Source: Laetmonice hystrix (Eukaryota). From it: DNA of 64,000 nucleotides. Positions 55,923 to 64,000 of the stretch are shown here, in pieces (positions within the stretch are counted from its first letter, which is position 1; the number at the start of each line of letters is the position of its first letter). Both the position numbers and the translations under genes were made by a program. The DNA is taken from assembly GCA_965235115.1 (NCBI GenBank), contig OZ249437.1, positions 11,656,001 through 11,720,000 on the forward strand. The letters run 5' to 3'. The notes beneath the pieces are model-generated. The model made no database searches. It saw only the letters and a list, made by a program, of their open reading frames with translations, and was not told where the DNA came from.

Positions 55923-56254
55923 TGGCGTTTCGGGCCCAAATATGGGGCCTGGGGAAAAGTGATGATGTAATTTGACGTTCAATTGGAGTGCGCGAAATTT
56001 GACTTTCCTCACCTGAAGCCTCAGGGGGGATTCGTCATCAAGTCGGAAGATTGTGGATAGGTAACCTGGTGATTGTAATTCTACATTATAATGTGAATAT
56101 TTAACATCAACATCACCTGTGGGGTTCTCTCACCTGAAGCTTCAGGGGGGAATCTGTGATGTTGATGAGTTTCTCGGCACGGTCACGGCTGCGCCAGTAG
56201 ATCAATAAAAGTATCTACATACAATCCTTGTGTTGGGAGTTGTGTGTTGTGAAA
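55923..56254 (+). repeat. Repeat B1 (332 bp; identical copy at 56678-57009) with AATAAA and GU-rich downstream element
   Basis: AATAAA 56204-56209 followed by ttgtgttgggagttgtgtgttgtg; no mismatch seen against B2. Confidence 0.95.
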
Positions 56255-56421
56255 GGCAAATTTCGACCAACGAAATGGGGTTTCACGACACACAACGGAC
56301 GGTTATGCAAATGCTGTGACCTAGATGGCACGGCAGGTAAGCAGGGTATAAAAGTGAGTAGGCCAGAAAGATTGGGCCTTCTTGAAAGTGGACGATCAAA
56401 ACAAGGAGCGGCGTTTTCGTT
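56252..56421 (+). repeat. Repeat A2
   Basis: Offset 3802 from A1; directly abuts B1 via shared AAA. Confidence 0.95.
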
Positions 56422-56677
56422 TCCCACCGCCTCCCCTTCTCCCCCAAGAGTATTGGAGTCCGGACACTTACGCGGGGAGGGGGGGGGGGTCCTGCAATAA
56501 ATTTTAGTTTAGCCTTATTCCTGTAGTTTAACGGACACAATAAAGGGTGTGATGTATATCCCATTGCGTTGTAAGTTGGTAGAATGTGTATATTGTGATG
56601 GGTAGTGTGTTCCTGTGGTGGAATGTGGGGTTCTCTTGCCATAATTTTGGAAGGGTGTTCTTGTATGGTTTCGCAGA

Positions 56678-57009
56678 TGGCGTTTCGGGCCCAAATATGG
56701 GGCCTGGGGAAAAGTGATGATGTAATTTGACGTTCAATTGGAGTGCGCGAAATTTGACTTTCCTCACCTGAAGCCTCAGGGGGGATTCGTCATCAAGTCG
56801 GAAGATTGTGGATAGGTAACCTGGTGATTGTAATTCTACATTATAATGTGAATATTTAACATCAACATCACCTGTGGGGTTCTCTCACCTGAAGCTTCAG
56901 GGGGGAATCTGTGATGTTGATGAGTTTCTCGGCACGGTCACGGCTGCGCCAGTAGATCAATAAAAGTATCTACATACAATCCTTGTGTTGGGAGTTGTGT
57001 GTTGTGAAA
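56678..57009 (+). repeat. Repeat B2 (right end of element)
   Basis: Offset 755 from B1; AATAAA 56959-56964. Confidence 0.95.
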
Positions 57010-58032
57010 TGGCGCGAGGGTATATAAAATTTCGGCATATATGAATATGTTACATGGAATAATCCGATTTTTATCTACCGCGGCCAACCATACCCAAAAT
57101 CCTGGACATAGACACATGTTTTACCCTTCATTCATGGATATACAATGCAATAATACATTTTCCATATGTTGCTGTTTATACTTTCAATCAAGATCTGATA
57201 TTTCTCATGTCGATTCCACCCTTTAATATAGAACTAAATTCCTTATTCTAAACTGGAAAAAACAGATGCACACTCCTGTATGAAAAGGAAATGTATATAT
57301 TTTATAAGAGCAACCCCGGATAGAGTAATAAAATAAAGATAAATTTCATCATTCAAACCGTGCTAAGTGTGTTTAAATACTTTACTAGTGCGACATTTTC
57401 TCAGCGATATTTGAAATGGCGCAGGCAAGGCAGGTGCATGCTGATCTCAGAGGACAAGCGCTGTGAATAAGAATATAGATGGCAATCACTGACGACGAGT
57501 AAACGTGACACACTCTAACACCTGATATGACACTAGGCCCGAGAGTCTGTTTCAAACGGAATGGATTTTGACACGCAATAGAAAACAGAACAAGTGACTG
57601 GACACAGGATATGGCTAACTGTTTAACAGGTCACTTCCTCGAGTCTCAGTACGCATGTCAACCGCTCATACCCAATAACAACTTGCCCAAACATTATGAA
57701 TTCTGATCCTAGAAGCAATTATTTTCCAATAAATCAAGACCGTTCTAAAAGAAATACAATTACTGTTGGCCTCAGTCGGAGCTAGCTGGAAAAAGGACTT
57801 TAAAATGTGGATGGAAGAAGACGACCCGCATTTGGAATATTGTTGTTTGTTTTCACAACATGCTCCCTCATTGTTATGTTGTGTTTGTTTAAAATGCACA
57901 GTATTATTATTATAATAATATAGAAATATTCATTATTTCCTATTTTAAGCCACTTTCATGCCAGGCACTAAATGGACTTCAATCCTCAATATCACCCAAA
58001 CAGACCCGGTGAACTTGATATTCATTTATTAG

Positions 58033-59591
58033 GGAATCAGTGTACTATAAACCATACAATAATTCTAGGAATCAGTGTACTATAAACCATACAATAATTG
58101 TAGGAATCAGTGTACTATAAACCATACAATAATTGTAGGAATCAGTGTACTATAAACCATACAATAATTGTAGGAATCAGTGTACTATAGACCATACAAT
58201 AATTGTAGGAATCAGTGTACTATAAACCAACAATAATTGTGATCAGTGTACTATAAACCACACAATAATTGTAGGAATCAGTGTACAATAAACCATACAA
58301 TAATTGTAGGAATCAGTGTACTATAGACCATACAATAATTGTAGGAATCAGTGTACGAAAAACCATACAATAATTGTGATCAGTGTACTATAAACCATAC
58401 AATAATTGTGATCAGTGTACTATAAACCATACAATAATTGTAGGAATTAGTGTACTATAAACCACACAATAATTGTAGGAATCAGTGTAGTATAAACCAT
58501 ACAATAATTGTGATCAGTGTACTATAAACCATACAATAATTGTAGGAATCAGTGTACTATAAACCACACAGTAATTGTAGGAATCAGTGTACTATAAACC
58601 ACACAATAACTGTAGGAATCAGTGTACTATAAACCACACAATAACTGTAGGAATCAGTGTACTATAAACCACACAATAATTGTAGGAATCAGTGTACTAT
58701 AAACCACACAATACCTGTAGGAATCAGTGTAATATAAACCACACAATAATTGTAGGAATCAGTGTACTATAAACCACACAATAATTATAAACCGCACAAT
58801 AATTGTAGGAATAGTGTACTATAAACCACACAATAATTCTAGGAATCAGTATATTATAAACCAGACAATAATTGTAGGAATCAGTGAACTATAACCACAA
58901 GGTAATTGTAGGAATCCGAGTACGGGACTATAAACCACACAATAATTCTGAGAATCAGTGTACGGTAAACCACCCAATAATTGTAGGAACCAGTGTAATA
59001 TAAACCACACAATAATTGTAGGAATCAGTGTACTATAAACCACACAATAACTGTAGGAATCAGTGTACTCTAAACCACACAATAATTGTAGGAATCAGTG
59101 TAATATAAACCACACAATAATTGTAGGAACCAGTGTACTATAAACCACACAATAATTGTAGGAATCAGTGTACTATAAACGACACAATAATTATAGGAAT
59201 CAGTGTACAATGAACCACACAATAATTCTAGGAATCAGTGTACGATAAACCACACAATAACTGTAGGAATCACTGTACTATAAACAATACAATACTTGTA
59301 GGAATCAGTGTACTGTAAACCACACAATAATTGTAGGAATCAGTGTACTATAAACCACACAATAATTGTAGGAATAAGTGTACTATAAACCACGTGTTCA
59401 CAGTAAGTGTAGGAATCAGTGTACTATAAACCACACAATAATTGTAGGAATCAGTGTACTATAAATCACACAATAACTGTAGGAATCACTGTACTATAAA
59501 CAATACACTACTTGTAGGAATCAGTGTACTGTAAACCACACAATAATTGTAGGAATCAGTGTACTATAAACCACACAATAATTTTAGGAAT
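58033..59591. repeat. 35-bp minisatellite (~45 copies)
   Basis: gtaggaatcagtgtactataaaccacacaataatt with variants. Confidence 0.97.
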
Positions 59592-62500
59592 TGCTATACC
59601 AAATAGGTGCAAGACGCTGTAATCTAAAACATGGACGAAATAATGACACAAACACCCGACTGCCAATTTGACTGACTGCCACTGAATATTATTTATTTAC
59701 GTGTACTACTAAAAGAAGAGAATTGATAATTACACTAAAGTGACGAGGCTTATTATACAAAACTTATAACTCCGTCTTAGCAAAATTAGCCAAATGTGTT
59801 GCCCATTAGTCCCTATAAACATATTTGTTGTCTATAATTATACATTTCCTAAATCAAATTAACAACATATGACATCCATCCGAAAGTCGATCTTCTAAAA
59901 TGTAGGTTGAATAGCAATATGTTTTAAATTGAACCTTTTTACGATTTCTACGCAGGTTTCTACTCAGTAATTGATTGTTTAAAAAATGAGTTTAGTCGAT
60001 CGCCCTACAAGATACTTAACCATGCAGCCAGGCTTATAGATACTGCCGAATAACCGCTCATTTAGACTTCACGCCTCACTGGATTCAATGACCTTGAGTG
60101 TTATTTTACAATGAATCAATACATGGCGGTGCAGGGGCGACCTGCTTAGAGCGTCCGAACCGCACTAACAATCGGCCAAAAAATCTGTACTGCGCAATAC
60201 ACGAATCTCCTTAATGATTGGGAACGGGAAGTTTGGGCATTTATCTTTCTCTCTATATATCTATACTTAAAAACGCATGGTGCATGGCCTTGTCCTGCTC
60301 AATCATTTCTCCAGGGACCTACTTCTTTATTTCATACGTTTTCATTAACTTCTGCAAGGAAATACATCAGAGTAAGTCTCATTCAAATTGGCCTCTGGCT
60401 TTTATACGTTGATGGTTTAAGCCAGTTGACACGGAGGGCATGGTGAAATCCTGATGGCGGTTCCATCTTCAATCGTTTTGTTGTATTCACACCATAAAGG
60501 ACACATTTTATGTGACGTTATATTTTGCGGCCAAAGCTGAGAGCGTGTGGCATGAAGAATACTGTGTTTGTAGGTATTCGACCACGAAGGTCCAAGTTAA
60601 AGACAAAGAGAAGTAACATAGCACCGTCGTTACTCACGCTTCTCCATGACAAAACACACAAGACATAAATTATACTCGCCATGAGCTCACAATGTACCGA
60701 CCCCCTTATAGTGCAGGTCATGCACACTCATTTCTTTCTTCTTTCAGTATTTTCCAATTCTCCGACCTCTGTCCGGTCCCTTGGTGTGTTTTTTAGAACC
60801 TTCTTCTGTCCCGCTATTTTTCCTCCTTTGAACTGAGCTGACCCCTAGCATATACCCCGGCAGACCCCTGTCTCGCAGTCGTATCCCTCGCACCCAGCAA
60901 CCCCTGGGCCGTGTCAGTCAGCCTCAGACAGTTCCCTCAGTCACTGACACCCCACCCCTCCTTAGCAGCAAGCTGATTCAATCACTCATACCCCACTGCC
61001 TTTGTTATTGATTGGGGGCGGGGGGAGGGGGCATCCATGCCAAAAGAATTGATCTGAAAATCAGGACCCTGAGAGAGCATCCGGCGCACGAGGTGGGCAG
61101 ACGTGGCTTGCAGCCAATGAATGATCCCCGTGGTCAGTTAATTTGGCCACAAAATGTTGCCTCTTCGCCACAAAGTTCGTTTCCGTTTCCTGTACTTAGA
61201 ACATCGTCTGGCCCCATGAGCCTGGGTTCACTCGCGACTATCTTTCCATATTCTAGGTAAGACATATTGAGGATTGAACTTCAATGGTAACGAAATCGAA
61301 AGTTTTTTTTCTATGCTCCTCCTAGTGCTTATTGTTTTAAAGTCAGTTTAACGAATATATACAGGTCGAACTTTCCAGGAGCGGCGCTTATCTCGACAGA
61401 CATGACAAGTTAGGATTTCTCATGATACCAAACGTGTAAATGATGATCTGTCTTGAACAGCTCCCTGACCAAGGAAATGAGTCTCAATAATTCATGGCAA
61501 CTTATTCTTTGTACTCTGTCGCACTCTTTGCCCTCTAGAGATCGATATAAGGGTATATGTTCAGAGAGCCCTTCCGTGTCCAGAGAGATATGACGTGCCT
61601 AACTTCTATCCTTACCACTTAGTCTGTTCACGTATTGATATCGCATACAAGTACACTCCGTGCATATGTTCAGTATAATATAATGATATCACAAAGAACA
61701 ATTCGGACACACACCAGGCCTCTCGTTCACCTAGAGCTAGCAGACGAACCTTACCTGTAGCTCGAGGATTCGTGCTGTGTTTCATCCTTTGATGTTACAA
61801 TTGGTTGGCAAGAGACAAAGCTTTATCCGGTGATATAGAATGACGGCACGCACGTGGCAAGCAGTACGCCGAGAGGTACACGCGTGTAGTGAGGAAGGAG
61901 TCGCACCCCCCACTCCCACCATATCCAAATCTTTGAAATGATCCATTCTCACGCCAGGAACAAGGAAGGGAAGAAAGCCGTGGTCAAGACTGACCGCTCG
62001 ACCTGCACTCAGTGGTCAGTTAGATAAAAAAAAATATAGAGTGCTTGTGTGACTGTGTCCATATGGAAAGAGACTATTGTTATTGGTCTGCGAGGTGAAA
62101 CAAAACCTAACATTGGAGTCGTAACTTGAGAAACTCTTGGGACAATCAATGATTTGTCTTGTTTTCAAAGGTTTCATTTCGTGTCAAATCTGCGAAATGA
62201 AACAAATGATGAGCATCACGCATGAGATGACTCAGGATAAGTCTTAACGAACTAGAATCGATCGAATCCTCTTGATTAACATATCTCGTGCTTAGGTCTG
62301 TCCAACTTGTCTCAGCTTCGCGGTCCCTAGATATGCCTTGTGCATATTTGAGTTTGAGTAAGTGATCTGTAGAGGTTTCTCTGGGTATTTGGTCAGTAAT
62401 GATTCTTCATCATGGAAAATACTTCTTTAGTGCGTGATATTAAAAAATTATTTCAAAGTTGTAAAAGAAGCAAAGAAGAAAAATGCATGATGAACAGAGT

Positions 62501-64000
62501 ATCAAAGGTCAAATATCATTCATGTAGAAATGTTATAGTTTTGTACTGGCCTCCTGTTGTACGAATACAAGCGCTAGATCAGTCTAATGTAAGAAGGGTT
62601 CCAATCGATATCGTTCAATAAACGTGTCTGCACAGTAAGCATGCAGTGTCTGACTCACAGCTTGTCATCAACGCCAGCCTTTGATCTCCGTGCCAAAACA
62701 CCACACACACCAGCCAGCAAAGATGCATATAGTAATGAGGCTCATTGAGTCTATGGGAGAAAACACAGTGCAATCAAATAGTGCAGGTTCTGATAGTAGG
62801 CGAGCATTGAGATATCTCTTGACATCTGAATAGGAATTCCTATTGTGGAGGGCGCGTGGGAAAGGATGGGTCTGCCAGTTAATGTGGCTCCTCTCACTAG
62901 CAAATGGAAGAGGATAGCTATATAACATCCACCAACTCCTTTGTGGACAAGGTTGGCGTGAGACTTCTTAGGGAGCTGAAATGAGATTATACTGTAAAAA
63001 ATGATATTAATCCAATTAAAATCAAAAGTACAAGGAGGCAGAGATGCATGCCTTTACACACCGGCGACCATTCCGGGTGTGAAGTGGGCGTGTGTGTGGG
63101 TGGGGTGTGGGGGTGTGGGTGGGGCTTTGAGGATGGGGAGATTGGGTGGGGTGGGGGCTGTCCTTCGAGATTGGATAACTGGGGAGGGGGTGTTCGAGGT
63201 TGGGGTAACCTATGGTCGAGAGATTTCGATCTTGGAGGTATAGGCACGTGACGAGGTAAGGGGTGGGGTGGGGTTACCTTGGGAGTTGGAATCCAGCTGA
63301 AGCTGATATTCACAGGGGGTGTGGAAAGGTGTATCACTTTTCTACCCCAGAGGGTAACTACTGTAGAAGTGATGACCTGACTAGATTTCTTTTCTAAACG
63401 CCCATATTTCATGCTCTAGCAGCCGTCATAATATAGAACCGTGTTGATCGAGTAGGACTAACGAGCAACTCTGGGTCACAGTAGGGTGCAGTGTGATCAG
63501 TAGAAGGTACCGATAAGAAGAAATGTTATCAGACCTACAGAAGTTTCACCGGTAAACGCCTGTTTTGAAGCAGCCAGGGTGTGGCTGCTTACACGGGTGT
63601 TGGTGACATGGTGATTACCGCGGGCGTGATTTCATAGGGTGTGAGTGCAAACAGGGAGCGATGCGAGTCTCTATCAGGGAGCGTCACAGTTTATGCCGTC
63701 TATACGGGCACACCCCTACACCCCCATTGAATGCCACAATGCCTGGAGCTCTATTCCACAGCCCCACCTACATCAGGTGCATTGCTAGTGGCGATGTTCT
63801 CATCGAAAACATCCATTGATCCAGTCTCAACTCTTGTTACCTCACTCAGGTGAGCAGACATGGCGACCCGACACCCACCCAACCCACTCCCCCCCAGCAC
63901 CCTCCCCCCGACACTGTCTGGGATCTGCCTGTTTAAAACACGCCCAGTGAGCAACAAGACATTAAAGCTATCAGATGTTGAGGTCAGTTTAGTGCAAACC

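Larger units (their letters stand above)
52450..57009 (+). mobile_element. 4,560-bp non-autonomous split-direct-repeat element (A1-body-B1A2-spacer-B2), PAT/TOC1/Ngaro-like tyrosine-recombinase retroelement derivative
   Basis: A1 52450-52619 = A2 56252-56421; B1 55923-56254 = B2 56678-57009; AAA shared at left end, B1/A2 junction and right end; no intact RT/YR ORF. Confidence 0.75.

Noticed and set aside
55900-55960. Hammerhead-ribozyme-like core on the minus strand (stem + CGAAACG...CGTC), which would suggest a Penelope pseudo-LTR
   Set aside because: The obligatory CUGANGA box is absent (TCCCCAG instead), and the spacer between A2 and B2 is not a copy of the body as a tandem Penelope insertion would predict.

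Overview
Animal (invertebrate bilaterian, probably lophotrochozoan; taxon is inference) genomic DNA with no prokaryotic features. The first ~22 kb holds a + strand ELAV/Hu RNA-binding protein gene: three RRMs, 339 aa from ATG 610, first exon probably upstream of the window. Its splicing is unexpectedly rich. Two tandem 154-nt copies of the RRM2 N-half exon (7339-7492, 7874-8027) can only be used mutually exclusively and sit among competing complementary intronic segments. There is also a candidate 12-nt RRM1-loop microexon, candidate hinge exons and acceptors, and a long U-rich 3'UTR. The remaining ~42 kb has no coding exon I can recognise. It contains orphan promoter-like motif clusters, many minisatellites and four MITE-like elements. 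It also holds a 4,560-bp, apparently very recent, non-coding element with split direct repeats (A...BA..B; 52450-57009) of the PAT/TOC1/Ngaro tyrosine-recombinase-retrotransposon type. That element shares an AAA crossover core at all three junctions, sits inside a genomic palindrome, and carries an array of 15 cUUCGg hairpins. Long low-complexity ORFs in the track are by-products of tandem repeats. All analysis was by eye; no folding or database searches were run.
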